From: Pseudomonadota bacterium | GTDB lineage: Bacteria > Desulfobacterota > Desulfobacteria > Desulfobacterales > RPRI01 | Reading direction: 5' to 3' | NCBI GenBank assembly: GCA_043825875.1 | Contig: JBDRRF010000068.1 | Coordinates: 1-64,000, forward strand | Length of the DNA stretch: 64,000 bases | Shown here: one piece after another, positions 30,334 to 41,298 of the stretch | How positions within the stretch are numbered: the first letter of the stretch is position 1 | Layout: each line of letters begins with the position of its first letter | Program-made: the position numbers and the translations under genes | The notes under the pieces: model-generated | What the model was told of the DNA's origin: nothing | What the model saw: only the letters and a program-made list of their open reading frames with translations | Database searches by the model: none

Positions 30334-31404
30334 TTAAGAGGCAATTGCTTGCTCAATCCATTCCATAGTATCTTTTTCTTTTCCATACTGAATATCTGTT
30401 AAAGCTTTAAACAACTTATTTGCGATAGGGCCGACTTTCGCATCCGAAACCGTGATAATTTTATCTCCATATTTTAGCTCTCCGACAGGAGAAATTACTG
30501 CTGCTGTTCCGGAACCGAAAACTTCTTTAAGTTTTCCTGCTGCATGCGCTTGCATTACTTCATCAATAGTTATCCTGCGTTCGGTTGTTTTAAGTCCCCA
30601 TGATCTGGAAAGCGCAATAACCGAATCCCTGGTGATTCCTGAAAGAATGCTGCCGTTTAAAGCAGGTGTTATTATTTCATCATCAATCACAAAAAAGATA
30701 TTCATAGAACCAACTTCTTCAATATATTTCTGCTCAATGCCGTCCAGCCATAAAACCTGGGTATAGCCTTCTTTATGGGCTGCTTCGCCTGCATAAAGAC
30801 TTGCCGCATAGTTTGCGGAAGCTTTTGCTTCGCCCAGACCACCGCGAACAGCTCTGACATGATCTTTGCTGACAAGAATTTTAACCGGATTAAATCCTGC
30901 CGAATAATAAGCCCCTACAGGTGAAAGAATAATAAACAAGCGATAGGTATAAGATGCCCGCACTCCCAGGAAAGGATCCATAGCAATAATTGTAGGTCTT
31001 ATATATAAAGAAGTGCCGGGAGCATCCGGAACCCAATGCTTTTCAATGTTTAATAATTGCTTAAGTGAATCCAAAAGAAATTCTTCATCAACTTCAGGTA
31101 TGCAAAGAAGTCTGCAGGATTTATTGAAACGTTTAAAATTATCTTTAGGCCTGAAAAGCAAAATTGAACCGCTATCGGTACGATAAGCTTTTAAGCCCTC
31201 AAATATGGATTGGCCGTAATGAAGTACCATTGTTGATGGGTCCATATTAATCGGCGCATAGGGTTCTATCCTTGGGTTATGCCATCCTTTTTCAGGACTA
31301 TAATCCATGTTAAACATATGATCTGTAAATATTGTTCCAAAACTAAGAGCAGAACTGTCCGGAATCGGCTTTAATTTATCTGCCTTTTTTATAGATAGTT
31401 GCAT
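30334..31404 (-). CDS. ilvE: Branched-chain amino acid aminotransferase
   Basis: LHYGQSIFEGLKAY, LYIRP, EVGSMN, ILSGITRDS. Confidence 0.95.
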   Translation of the reverse strand: MQLSIKKADKLKPIPDSSALSFGTIFTDHMFNMDYSPEKGWHNPRIEPYAPINMDPSTMVLHYGQSIFEGLKAYRTDSGSILLFRPKDNFKRFNKSCRLLCIPEVDEEFLLDSLKQLLNIEKHWVPDAPGTSLYIRPTIIAMDPFLGVRASYTYRLFIILSPVGAYYSAGFNPVKILVSKDHVRAVRGGLGEAKASANYAASLYAGEAAHKEGYTQVLWLDGIEQKYIEEVGSMNIFFVIDDEIITPALNGSILSGITRDSVIALSRSWGLKTTERRITIDEVMQAHAAGKLKEVFGSGTAAVISPVGELKYGDKIITVSDAKVGPIANKLFKALTDIQYGKEKDTMEWIEQAIAS

Positions 31405-31916
31405 TTAAACCTCCAATAATACAATATATTAAATCAAATACAAAGGCTAAAAGCCTGTCTGTATTTAGTTTGCGCTTTATCAGATATCTGGTTTGCCCAA
31501 TTTTCAACCATAAAGGCAGGTACTTTTTAATCCAAATATCTTAACTCGTTGATACAGCAAGATTATGCTTTAAATCAAGAACTAAGTTTATCCGATAAGC
31601 ATATTTGCCTGTAACTTCATGAATATTGTACCATTATAGCTTGATGGTCTTGTAAAATATATGCATAAATCCAATATGGAAAGATAGACGATTTTTGTTT
31701 TGCTTAAGGTATACAACCCGCCTCTTTCTTCAAGAGAGCTTTGAAAAACTGATTATTGGTTTTGCACTTTCTCAAGGTGGGCGGGGTAGTTTGATTTTGA
31801 AAATATCAAACGCCTTGACAGGTTAGCCTTATAAGGTTAGTTAAACAAAAAAAACTAAGCATAAATCTGTTTTTACAAAATAAATATTGATTTCGTATTA
31901 TTAAGGATACAACTCG

Positions 31917-32714
31917 ATGGATACAGAAAATAACATGGAAAATATAGATCCTGTCAAGTACAGCCTTGACAGCAAATTTCAATTCAGATGCCACAGCAAA
32001 CTTGAATGTTTTACCAAATGCTGTAGAGGCATAACCATTATTTTAACACCTTATGATATAATAAAACTTAAAGATATTCTTTCTCTTTCTTCAGAGGAAT
32101 TTTTGGCAATATATACAGAACCAAAGCTTCTTGAAAAAACTGATTTGCCTATTGTAACTCTAAAGCTTCTTGATGATGAACAGAAATCCTGCCCATTTGT
32201 AAGAGATGACGGGTGCCTTGTATATACGCACAGGCCCACTGCATGCCGGTATTATCCTGTAGGAGTGGCCTCTCTTAATTTTAAAGAAGATTCTGATGAA
32301 GACGGATTCTATTTTTTTGTAAAGGAACCGCACTGTTTGGGGTTTAAGGAAGAGAAGGAATGGACAATTGCAGATTGGCGTATTGATCAGGGAGTTGATA
32401 TACATGATAAAATCAATGCCGGATGGGCTGATTTAATAGTAAAGAAAAGATCCTTTCCGAAAAATATCATGCTTACGGAAAAAACCAAAAGCATGTTTTT
32501 TACCGCATGCTATGATGTTGATAAATTCAGGAGGTTTATTTTCGAAAGCTCCTTTTTGACACTTTACAAAATTGATGATGTAACTGCTGAAAAAATCAAA
32601 AAAGATGATGTCGCTCTTATTGAGTTTGCATACGGCTGGCTTGATTCACTCTTGTTTAAAGGTGAAAAATTCAAGATAAATGAAGAAGAAGCGGCACGAA
32701 GAGCAAAAAAATAA
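31917..32714 (+). CDS. YkgJ-family (CxxCxxCC) cysteine-cluster protein
   Basis: 'CFTKCC', 'CPF...GCLVY..RP.ACRYYP'. Confidence 0.85.
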   Translation: MDTENNMENIDPVKYSLDSKFQFRCHSKLECFTKCCRGITIILTPYDIIKLKDILSLSSEEFLAIYTEPKLLEKTDLPIVTLKLLDDEQKSCPFVRDDGCLVYTHRPTACRYYPVGVASLNFKEDSDEDGFYFFVKEPHCLGFKEEKEWTIADWRIDQGVDIHDKINAGWADLIVKKRSFPKNIMLTEKTKSMFFTACYDVDKFRRFIFESSFLTLYKIDDVTAEKIKKDDVALIEFAYGWLDSLLFKGEKFKINEEEAARRAKK

Positions 32715-32786
32715 AGCTCAGATCTTCTATCATGGTATTTTGGCATAAAACCCGAATCCACGGTATGTATACAATTTTGAAAGTTC

Positions 32787-32888
32787 CCGTAGGGCGGTAT
32801 TTCATATGCCGCCACGTATGGGCAATGAATGATGTTTAACCGCTACTACGCGCAATGTTTCGGCGGGGTGTAAAACCCCGCCCTACGG
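32787..32888. repeat. REPIN-like pair of GTAG REP palindromes
   Basis: CCGTAGGGCGG...GCCGCC and GGCGGGG...CCCCGCCCTACGG in inverted arrangement between convergent genes. Confidence 0.7.
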
Positions 32889-32955
32889 TATGATACGCAG
32901 TTAAATGGTTTTCATAGTTCGGTATATAAAATATCGTAACCTATAGGATTTTCCC

Positions 32956-33990
32956 CTAGTAGTTTTGATAACAAAGGTCTTTAGCGACCGCATTATCTTT
33001 TAGTCTTTTCTCTATATTGATATCAAAAAACTCTTCTAATGGCTTAAATATTTCCGGATTATTTGTTTGTACATCCCGTAATGTCCCAATAACCTTCTCA
33101 AACCCCTTTAAGGTCAATTTCCCCAAAGGCCTCCTGCAACCTCCGGAAGGCATTCCGAGGATTGTCATTGCAGCCTTGATGGCAAGGGGGTTTCTTGCTC
33201 TGCAGACTACATCTCCATAGGGTGTGTTTTCCGTTGTTTTTACTGTAACAAGTTCAAATAAAGGATCAATAGCAGCCTTTAATTTCTTTGCTTCGGACTT
33301 ATTGCCCTGAATCAAAGCTTTTACCATTAAAACAACAGCTTTTGGTGCAATATTGGATATAACGGAAATAACCCCGGCCGCATTTATTTCCGGATCAGTC
33401 ATCATATCATAAGTTAAACCGTCATCGCCGGAAAGTATTTTATAATCAGCTCCGCAGCACTTTCTTGTTTTTTTCATATTATCCAAATTGCCTGTTGCTT
33501 CTTTTACTGTGTTGACATTACTGTGTTCCTTGAAAAGAATTGCTAAATCTTCGGGCAGCAACTGGGCCCCGGTTCTTCCGGGAATCACATATGGTATAAT
33601 ATCTATATCAGGAAAAGCGGAAGCAACAGGTTCTATATATTCTTTGCGTATTTCAAGAGAGCTGGGCCCATTGTAATAAGGGTCAACAAGTAATACGGCA
33701 TCAACTCCGACATTTGCTGCATGCTTTGTTGCAGCAAGGGCCTCTTTTGTATTATTGCTGCCGGTCCCGGCAATGCACATACATTTGCCCTTGGATTTTT
33801 TTGTAACTTTTTCTATAATTCCGTTGTGCTCATCCCATGTCAGAGTTGGGCTTTCGCCTGTTGTCCCAACGGCTAAAATTCCTGTTATTCCATTTGTAAT
33901 CTGGAAATCAATAAGTGTTGAAAGACCCTCATAATCTACAGAATCATTTGTAAATGGTGTCACAAGGGCGGTAAAGCATCCGGTAATCAT
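32956..33990 (-). CDS. dapA: 4-hydroxy-tetrahydrodipicolinate synthase
   Basis: TALVTPF, GTTGESPTL, KEATG, LSGDD. Confidence 0.93.
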   Translation of the reverse strand: MITGCFTALVTPFTNDSVDYEGLSTLIDFQITNGITGILAVGTTGESPTLTWDEHNGIIEKVTKKSKGKCMCIAGTGSNNTKEALAATKHAANVGVDAVLLVDPYYNGPSSLEIRKEYIEPVASAFPDIDIIPYVIPGRTGAQLLPEDLAILFKEHSNVNTVKEATGNLDNMKKTRKCCGADYKILSGDDGLTYDMMTDPEINAAGVISVISNIAPKAVVLMVKALIQGNKSEAKKLKAAIDPLFELVTVKTTENTPYGDVVCRARNPLAIKAAMTILGMPSGGCRRPLGKLTLKGFEKVIGTLRDVQTNNPEIFKPLEEFFDINIEKRLKDNAVAKDLCYQNY

Positions 33991-34107
33991 AAAATCCCCT
34001 TCATTTCTGTTATTCATAATGTCTGTTTGCCTTTTTACTTGACAATCTTCTTGACAATCTTACTGTTGCATAATAACCCCTAATAAAAAAATCTCAAGGA
34101 TATAATT

Positions 34108-34728
34108 ATGGTACAAGCAAAAAATGTAGAAGAATATATTGCTATGCAGAGAGCGGCTATCGCATCAAACCCTGAATGCGGTACGTCTCATTACAATCTT
34201 GCTGTAGCTTTGATCGGGCAAAAAAAATATGACGAGGCTGAGCAAGAGTTACAAGATGCTATTGGTTGCAGCCCCAGTCTGGCTGAAGCCTATGTGCAGC
34301 TTGGAGGTATTTGCTTGCAGCGTGGCGATCTTGACGGTTGCCTGCATTATAACACTCAGTCAATAAATTCACGGGCCGGCTTTTCCGAAGGTTATGGAAA
34401 TATAGGTTTTATTCATCTCCAGAAAGGTGACCTGGATAAAGCTATCGCAGCTTTAAAAAAGGCTATTATATATAACTCGAATTTTTTGCAGGCATATACA
34501 ACACTTGCTAATGCCTACCTTATGAAAGGCCTTGTTATAGAAAGCATAGAAGCAAGTCTGAAAGCTCTTGAAATTGAGCCGAATTTCGCGATCGCCCATA
34601 ATAACCTCGCAATATCTTATATGCAAAATGATCAATTTGATAAAGCTATTGAACATATTGATATAGCAATAAATCTTGGATATACTGTGGCACCGGAAAT
34701 TTTAAAGGAACTTGAACAATACAGGTAG
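34108..34728 (+). CDS. Tetratricopeptide repeat protein
   Basis: About 5 TPR motifs. Confidence 0.88.
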   Translation: MVQAKNVEEYIAMQRAAIASNPECGTSHYNLAVALIGQKKYDEAEQELQDAIGCSPSLAEAYVQLGGICLQRGDLDGCLHYNTQSINSRAGFSEGYGNIGFIHLQKGDLDKAIAALKKAIIYNSNFLQAYTTLANAYLMKGLVIESIEASLKALEIEPNFAIAHNNLAISYMQNDQFDKAIEHIDIAINLGYTVAPEILKELEQYR

Positions 34729-35941
34729 CCACCCATTGTCGAAAAGTTTAAATCCACCAGTTAAGTTTTTCCTGACCGGTCAGGAAAAACTTATCAATCC
34801 TAGCAGCGAGCTCTGGAATACGCCGCTGCCTTCAAACAGAAATAATACACAAGTAAAATCGAGTAAAAATAATCCCGATACTATTACTTATGGAGATTAT
34901 TTTGAAGCTGCTGCTGCTTTTATTAAAAAAAATAATTATGAACCTATATTAGATGCATTGTCCTATTCAAAGCAGGAGATATGTCTTGAACAAATAGATG
35001 AAATACAGATTTTACTTGTAAAGCATGGTCAGTTTTATCATCCTGCAAAGGTTGTAGCCGTTACACTCAATCCCAACCCCCCCTTTGTTTTAAATGTTGC
35101 TGTATCACAAGACGGTATCAAATGTGCCGAAAATGAGTATTTGACTTTACAAAGGCTTCATAAAAAAATACCCAACGATTTTATTCCATTTGTGTATGGG
35201 TATGGCAGTATTATATCAAAAATAAACAATCTTCCTATCAGTATGTTTCTTGCACGGTGGTTTGAAGGATATAATGAATTTCATATTTCAAAGGACCCTG
35301 CAGACGGTAGAAATAAAATAATTGTGTGGGATCACATAAATGGCAATGTGTTTATATCAGATGATCATGCCACAGAGATATACAGGCAGGCTGCCATGAT
35401 AATGACCTATTTTTATAACATTTTTACATTTGAGCAGATATTTCCCTGGCATCATGCGGCAGGTGATTTTGTTGTAAAGAATACAGATAACAAACCGGAT
35501 GTGAAACTCATAACTGTTAGACAATATACTTCTTTATACGCAATAGAGAATATGGCCGATTGTTTGGTTGCAGATTCTAAAGAGGTCTTTGAAGGATTAC
35601 TGATGTTTCTTGCAGTACTTTCAATAAGGATGCGTCTTGATAGGTTAGATGGAACAGGTGATATAGTCTGGGCTGATAACAGAGCGGTCGAAGGAACAAT
35701 AAAAGGCTTTATGGATGGGATGCTTATGAAAGTTGAATCAAATATGATTCCAGGTGATTTTAATCATAAACTTATAGATTATCTCTTATCCTATTCTAAA
35801 GATCAATTGATGGAGCTATTAACTATTGTTGTAAATTCATTTAACCAATCAGCACCGGATATCATGGTTATAAACAAAAACTTGCCCAGACATTCCGGGG
35901 AATTATATGAGGCAATAAGAAATTTTTTAGCTGTATCCTGA
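34712..35941 (+). CDS. Hypothetical protein upstream of dsrA
   Basis: 409-aa ORF overlapping the TPR gene. Confidence 0.75.
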   Translation: MNNTGSHPLSKSLNPPVKFFLTGQEKLINPSSELWNTPLPSNRNNTQVKSSKNNPDTITYGDYFEAAAAFIKKNNYEPILDALSYSKQEICLEQIDEIQILLVKHGQFYHPAKVVAVTLNPNPPFVLNVAVSQDGIKCAENEYLTLQRLHKKIPNDFIPFVYGYGSIISKINNLPISMFLARWFEGYNEFHISKDPADGRNKIIVWDHINGNVFISDDHATEIYRQAAMIMTYFYNIFTFEQIFPWHHAAGDFVVKNTDNKPDVKLITVRQYTSLYAIENMADCLVADSKEVFEGLLMFLAVLSIRMRLDRLDGTGDIVWADNRAVEGTIKGFMDGMLMKVESNMIPGDFNHKLIDYLLSYSKDQLMELLTIVVNSFNQSAPDIMVINKNLPRHSGELYEAIRNFLAVS

Positions 35942-35954
35942 CATTCCTTTTTTA

Positions 35955-35985
35955 TTGACAAGGAAAAATAATAATTTTATACGAT
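35955..35985 (+). promoter_or_regulatory. Candidate sigma70 promoter for dsrAB
   Basis: TTGACA at 35955, imperfect -10 (TATACG/TACGAT) 17-19 nt downstream. Confidence 0.4.
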
Positions 35986-36138
35986 AAACTCCTTCGAAAT
36001 AATGATTTTAAAAAGAATATTATAAAAAATAATATAAATGTGTTAGAGCGAGGGGAGGTGAACGCGGAAGCTTTGGTTATATAATTTGTTGTTCTTTGTT
36101 TGTATACTTAGTCATAATAATAACATGGAGGTAAAACA

Positions 36139-37449
36139 ATGAAACATAAGACCCCTTTGTTGGATCAGCTTGAAAGCGGGCCATGGCCTAGCTTTGTATC
36201 TGATTTAAAGCAAGAGGCAGATGTAAGAGCTAAAAATGCAAAAGGTATAGAATACCAGATCCCAACAGATGTATGTGAAGATCTCCTGGGAATATTGGAA
36301 CTTTCTTTTAAACATGGAAGAACTCACTGGAAACATGGTGGAATCGTTGGTGTTTTTGGTTACGGTGGTGGTGTTATCGGAAGATATTGTGACCAACCCG
36401 AAAAATTTCCGGGTGTAGCACATTTTCACACTGTTCGTGTAAGCCAGCCAGCCGGTAAGTTCTATTCAACAAAATATTTAAAGCAACTTTGCGATCTGTG
36501 GGAAATGCGTGGAAGTGGTATTACTAATATGCACGGATCAACAGGTGATATAGTCTGGATCGGCACAACAACTCCACAGCTTGAAGAAATATTTTTTGAA
36601 TTGACACATAACCTTAATCAGGATCTGGGCGGTTCCGGTTCAAACTTAAGAACTCCTTCAGATTGTATAGGTACTGCACGATGCGAGTATGCATGTTATG
36701 ATACCCAGCACTTATGTCATACTTTTACAAATGAATATCAGGACGAACTTCATCGCCCTGCTTTTCCATATAAATTCAAATTTAAATTTGACGGCTGTCC
36801 AAACTGCTGCGTTGCTTCAATAGCACGTTCTGACATGTCTTTTATTGGTACATGGCGTGATGAAATCAGGATTGATCAGAAGGAAGTTAAAGGCTATGTC
36901 GGTGGCGAATATCCACCTAATGGTGGCGCTCATGCCAGTCGCGACTGGGGCAAATTTGATATCCAGAAGGAAGTTATTGGTCTTTGCCCAACAGGTTGCA
37001 TGCGTTATGAAGGCGATAAGCTTGAAATCAACGACAAAGAATGCACAAGATGTATGCATTGCATCAACGTTATGCCTCGTGCTTTAAGAATCGGTAACGA
37101 CAGAGGTCTTTCAATACTTGTTGGAGCTAAGGCCCCGATTCTTGATGGTGCTCAGATGGGTTCTTTGCTTGTTCCATTTATTAAAGCTGAAGATCCTTAT
37201 GATGAAATCAAAGAAGTTGTCGAAGCTGTTTGGGATTGGTGGATGGAAGAAGGGAAAAACCGTGAAAGACTCGGCGAGCTGATTAAACGCCAGGGTTTCC
37301 AGAAACTTCTTGAAATGACAAATATAACACCGATGCCACAACATGTTCAAGAGCCCAGATCCAATCCTTACATCTTCTGGAAAGAAGACGAAGTTGAAGG
37401 CGGCTTTTCACGTGACATTAACGAATTCAGAAAACATCATCAGAGATAG
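36139..37449 (+). CDS. dsrA: Dissimilatory sulfite reductase alpha subunit
   Basis: TPLLDQLESGPWPSFV, THWKHGGIVGVFGYGGG, FPYKFKFKFDGCPNCC. Confidence 0.99.
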   Translation: MKHKTPLLDQLESGPWPSFVSDLKQEADVRAKNAKGIEYQIPTDVCEDLLGILELSFKHGRTHWKHGGIVGVFGYGGGVIGRYCDQPEKFPGVAHFHTVRVSQPAGKFYSTKYLKQLCDLWEMRGSGITNMHGSTGDIVWIGTTTPQLEEIFFELTHNLNQDLGGSGSNLRTPSDCIGTARCEYACYDTQHLCHTFTNEYQDELHRPAFPYKFKFKFDGCPNCCVASIARSDMSFIGTWRDEIRIDQKEVKGYVGGEYPPNGGAHASRDWGKFDIQKEVIGLCPTGCMRYEGDKLEINDKECTRCMHCINVMPRALRIGNDRGLSILVGAKAPILDGAQMGSLLVPFIKAEDPYDEIKEVVEAVWDWWMEEGKNRERLGELIKRQGFQKLLEMTNITPMPQHVQEPRSNPYIFWKEDEVEGGFSRDINEFRKHHQR

Positions 37450-37461
37450 GGGGTAAAGACA

Positions 37462-38607
37462 ATGGCATTTATATCCTCGGGATACAATCCAGCAAAACCG
37501 ATGGAAAACAGAATAACTGACATCGGTCCGAGACAATATGATGAGTTCTATCATCCGATCATTGCTAAAAACAAAGGCCAATGGCTGTATCATGAAATTC
37601 TTGAGCCGGGTGTTTTAGTTCACGTTTCAGAAACGGGTGATAAATTATTTACAGTAAGAGTAGGTGGTTGCCGTCTTATGAGTTGTACTCATATTCGTGA
37701 AATCTGTGAAATTGCGGATAAACATTGCGGTGGATTTTTAAGATTTACCACCAGAAACAATATAGAATTTTTTGCCGAAACTCTGGACCAAGTTGCTGCT
37801 TTAAAAAAAGATCTTGAAAGCAGGAAGTTTGACGGCGGAAGTTTTAAATTTCCTATCGGTGGAACAGGCGCCGGAATAACCAATATAGTTCATACACAGG
37901 GATGGATTCATTGCCATACCCCTGCAACCGATGCTTCAGGGCCGGTAAAAGCAACTATGGATGTTCTTTTCGACGATTTCAAAAGCATGAGAATGCCTGC
38001 ACATCTGCGTGTTTCTCTCGCCTGCTGTCTTAACATGTGCGGCGCAGTACATTGCTCTGATATCGCTATTCTCGGATATCACCGCAAACCCCCGCTTCTT
38101 GACCATGAATATCTGGACAAGATGTGTGAAATTCCTCTTGCGATTGCATCATGTCCCACAGCAGCTATCAAACCTGCTAAAGTTGAAATTAATGGAGCAA
38201 AACTTAACAGTGTTGCAGTAAACAATGAAAGATGTATGTTCTGCGGTAACTGCTATACAATGTGCCCCTCCATGCCTCTTGCTGATGATGTCGGCGACGG
38301 TATAGTAATCATGGCCGGTGGTAAGGTTTCCAACAGGATAAGCACTCCTAAGTTTTCTAAAGTTGTTGTTGCTTTTCTTCCCAATGAGGCTCCGCGTTGG
38401 CCCCAGACAACAGCTGTAATTAAGAAGATAGTAGAAACTTATGCCAATAGTGCAAATAAATATGAGCGTCTTGGAGAATGGGCAGAAAGAATCGGATGGG
38501 AAAGATTTTTTGATAAATGTGAAATTCCGTTTACTCATCATCTCATCGATGATTTCCGTGATCCGGCTTATTTTACATGGCGTCAGACAACACAATTTAA
38601 GTTCTAG
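37462..38607 (+). CDS. dsrB: Dissimilatory sulfite reductase beta subunit
   Basis: [44 protein letters not shown]. Confidence 0.99.
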   Translation: MAFISSGYNPAKPMENRITDIGPRQYDEFYHPIIAKNKGQWLYHEILEPGVLVHVSETGDKLFTVRVGGCRLMSCTHIREICEIADKHCGGFLRFTTRNNIEFFAETLDQVAALKKDLESRKFDGGSFKFPIGGTGAGITNIVHTQGWIHCHTPATDASGPVKATMDVLFDDFKSMRMPAHLRVSLACCLNMCGAVHCSDIAILGYHRKPPLLDHEYLDKMCEIPLAIASCPTAAIKPAKVEINGAKLNSVAVNNERCMFCGNCYTMCPSMPLADDVGDGIVIMAGGKVSNRISTPKFSKVVVAFLPNEAPRWPQTTAVIKKIVETYANSANKYERLGEWAERIGWERFFDKCEIPFTHHLIDDFRDPAYFTWRQTTQFKF

Positions 38608-38620
38608 TAGGTTTTAACAT

Positions 38621-38650
38621 AAAACCGGGGCATTTTAATTGCCCCGGTTT
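38621..38650 (+). terminator. Hairpin between dsrB and dsrD
   Basis: AAACCGGGGCA-loop-TGCCCCGGTTT. Confidence 0.6.
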
Positions 38651-38672
38651 ATACTATTTATGAGGCCATAAA

Positions 38673-38912
38673 ATGGATGAAGAAGCTTTAAAAAAGAAAA
38701 TAGTGGAAACTCTTGAAGGTAAAAAAGGAAAATCCAAATTTTATCTTAAGGATTTCTACGCAATGGCTCCTGAAGAAAAACCAAGAGCTGTAAAAAATCT
38801 GGTAAATAAAATGGTTGGCGAAGGGACACTTGAATACTGGTCAAGCGGAAGTACTACTTTGATTGGTCTCAAAGGTGTAGGCAAACAAGCTCACGCTGAA
38901 GACGAAGATTAA
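38673..38912 (+). CDS. dsrD: DsrD
   Basis: 'KSKFYLKDF', 'LEYWSSGSTT'; position after dsrB. Confidence 0.95.
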   Translation: MDEEALKKKIVETLEGKKGKSKFYLKDFYAMAPEEKPRAVKNLVNKMVGEGTLEYWSSGSTTLIGLKGVGKQAHAEDED

Positions 38913-38924
38913 TTTTATTAATTA

Positions 38925-40370
38925 ATGCCGGATAATATGGTTTTTCCAAGAGTAGTTATTTCAGCAATAAGAGGCGGCTCCGGAAAAACTATAATATCCA
39001 CCGGCATAATTTCCGCTTTAAAACTTGCCGGAAAACAAATATATCCTTTCAAAAAAGGTCCTGATTATATTGATTCGGGCTGGCTTGCACTAGCTGCAGG
39101 CCGGCCCTGTTATAATCTGGATACTTTTCTTGCACCTGTAGAGCAAGTTCTTAATTCATTTTTTTCCCACTCTTTAAATTCAGGCTTATCAGTTATTGAA
39201 GGAAACCGCGGATTATATGATGGTATAGATGTTGAAGGAAGTACTAGTACAGCAGCGCTTGCAAAGCTTTTAAAAGCACCTGTTATTTTATGCATGGATT
39301 GCACAAAAAGCACAAGAACAATGGCTGCGGTTGTATTAGGATGCCTGCATTTTGATCACGATATTGATATCAAAGGTGTAATACTAAACAGAGTAGCCGG
39401 ATCAAGGCATGAGAATATATTAAGGAAAACAATCGAGCATCACACCGGAATATCCGTGCTTGGTTCCATTCCAAAGCTTGGGAAGCAAAATTTCCCAGAA
39501 AGGCATATGGGGCTTGTTCCGACACCGGAACATGAATGGGCGGGGAATTCAATTTCTGCCGCAGCTGACATGGCAAAGAAATATATAAATCTTGATATGC
39601 TTTTTCAGATCGGTGTCAATGCCCCGGATCTTTCGCAAATAAGTATTAAGGACAAAATACCTGAAAAAAAAGATAGTACTTTGACAATATCTTCTGAACA
39701 TAATCCCAGGATAGGTGTTATCAAAGATTCCGCCTTTCAGTTTTATTACCATGAGAACATTGAGGCCCTTATTTCAGCCGGAGCCAAACTGGTGTACATA
39801 AGCCCTCTATCTGATAAAAGCATTCCCGATATTGATGCCTTATATATCGGAGGTGGCTTTCCTGAAACTCATGCCAAAGAGCTTGCCGAAAATACTTCTT
39901 TCAAAGAAAATTTAAAGTTACTGGCAACTAAAGGCCTTCCGATTTACGCCGAATGCGGCGGTTTAATGTATCTGGGCAAAGAGCTTGTCTTTAATGGGCA
40001 AACCTATGCCATGGCTGGAGTTTTACCGGTTGTTTTCGGATTTTCAAAAAAACCCCAGGCTCACGGATATACTATTTGTAAAGTTAAAGAAAAAAATCCG
40101 TATTACGAAGTTGGAAGCAAAATCTATGGTCATGAATTCCACTATTCCAACGTTCTTAAATGGGATGGGAATGAAAAAGATCTTGTTTTCAGTTTAGAAA
40201 GAGGAACAGGATTTATAAAAAAACAAGATGGAATTATTTTTAAAAACGTTTTTGCCACATATACCCATATTCATGCATTCGGCACACCTGACTGGGCAAA
40301 AGCCATGATAAATAATGCTATCAATTACAGTAGTAAAAAACAAAATCCCAATAATCAGGCCTCAAATTGA
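38925..40370 (+). CDS. dsrN: Cobyrinate a,c-diamide synthase-like siroheme amidase DsrN
   Basis: GGSGKT, KKGPDYID, ERHMGL, AECGGLMY, GHEFHYS; dsr context. Confidence 0.88.
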   Translation: MPDNMVFPRVVISAIRGGSGKTIISTGIISALKLAGKQIYPFKKGPDYIDSGWLALAAGRPCYNLDTFLAPVEQVLNSFFSHSLNSGLSVIEGNRGLYDGIDVEGSTSTAALAKLLKAPVILCMDCTKSTRTMAAVVLGCLHFDHDIDIKGVILNRVAGSRHENILRKTIEHHTGISVLGSIPKLGKQNFPERHMGLVPTPEHEWAGNSISAAADMAKKYINLDMLFQIGVNAPDLSQISIKDKIPEKKDSTLTISSEHNPRIGVIKDSAFQFYYHENIEALISAGAKLVYISPLSDKSIPDIDALYIGGGFPETHAKELAENTSFKENLKLLATKGLPIYAECGGLMYLGKELVFNGQTYAMAGVLPVVFGFSKKPQAHGYTICKVKEKNPYYEVGSKIYGHEFHYSNVLKWDGNEKDLVFSLERGTGFIKKQDGIIFKNVFATYTHIHAFGTPDWAKAMINNAINYSSKKQNPNNQASN

Positions 40371-40479
40371 AGTAACTATTCAGTAAAAAGAAATAAAATT
40401 GGAAAAACTTTAAGGGCACAATCTGCAAAATCAAAGAAAAAAAGGGATTAGCTAATACCAGCTAAACCCCTGATTTCTT

Positions 40480-40567
40480 TGGTGCCTAGGACGAGACTTG
40501 AACTCGTACAGGGATAAACCCCGAGGGATTTTAAGTCCCTTGCGTCTACCAATTCCGCCACCCAGGC
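40480..40567 (-). tRNA. tRNA-Leu (TAA)
   Basis: GCCTGGGTGGCGGAATTGGTAGACGC...ACTTAAAAT, long variable arm, GTTCAAGTC, CCA. Confidence 0.95.
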
Positions 40568-40659
40568 ATCTTTTTCAAATACATGCTATAAAAACTATTG
40601 TCAAGAATTCATGTCCGTATTTATTGTAAATAATTTTTTCTTCTGCTAACAGTGATTAT

Positions 40660-41289
40660 ATGGATATAAATTATAAAAAAAACAATGCTCCCTTTTTGAT
40701 TCTGGCCTCAAAATCCGCCCGCAGAAGGTATCTGTTAAAACAGGCCGGTATTAATTTTTCCGTAATTCCAAGCGATTTTGATGAAAATACTGTTCCGGTT
40801 TCTTCTCCCGAAATATATGTAAAAATCCTTGCCGAATCAAAAGCAAAATATATATCGGATAAATATCCTGATAGCTGGGTAATAGGGGCTGATACGATTG
40901 TTGTAATAAACGGAAAGATTCTTGGAAAACCTTCTGATCGTGATGATGCCAGAATAATGTTGAAAGACCTAAGCGGTCAAACCCATGAGGTAGTTACCGG
41001 CTATTGCATATGCTGCAAAGCAAAAGAAAGATCTTTTTCCGAATCGATTATTACAAAAGTATTGTTCAAGGATTTATCTGAAAATGAAATTGAGTGGTAT
41101 ATTCACACAAAGGAGCCTTTCGATAAAGCCGGAGGATATGCTATTCAGGGCTTAGGCACTTTTCTTGTAAAAAGCATAAACGGCTCTTATACAAACGTTG
41201 TTGGTTTGCCGGTTTGTGAAGTTATTGAATTTTTGATAAAAGAAGGCATTATAGGTTTTGATTCGATAAAGAGGGTCAATAATTATTAA
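40660..41289 (+). CDS. maf: Maf family nucleoside triphosphate pyrophosphatase
   Basis: LILASKSARR, GADTIV, DKAGGYAIQG, NVVGLP. Confidence 0.93.
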   Translation: MDINYKKNNAPFLILASKSARRRYLLKQAGINFSVIPSDFDENTVPVSSPEIYVKILAESKAKYISDKYPDSWVIGADTIVVINGKILGKPSDRDDARIMLKDLSGQTHEVVTGYCICCKAKERSFSESIITKVLFKDLSENEIEWYIHTKEPFDKAGGYAIQGLGTFLVKSINGSYTNVVGLPVCEVIEFLIKEGIIGFDSIKRVNNY

Positions 41290-41298
41290 GGAAAAATA

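Noticed and set aside
40430..40567. Genomic island integrated at tRNA-Leu
   Set aside because: Flanked by dsrN and maf; no integrase or tRNA 3' duplication, only a terminator-like hairpin.
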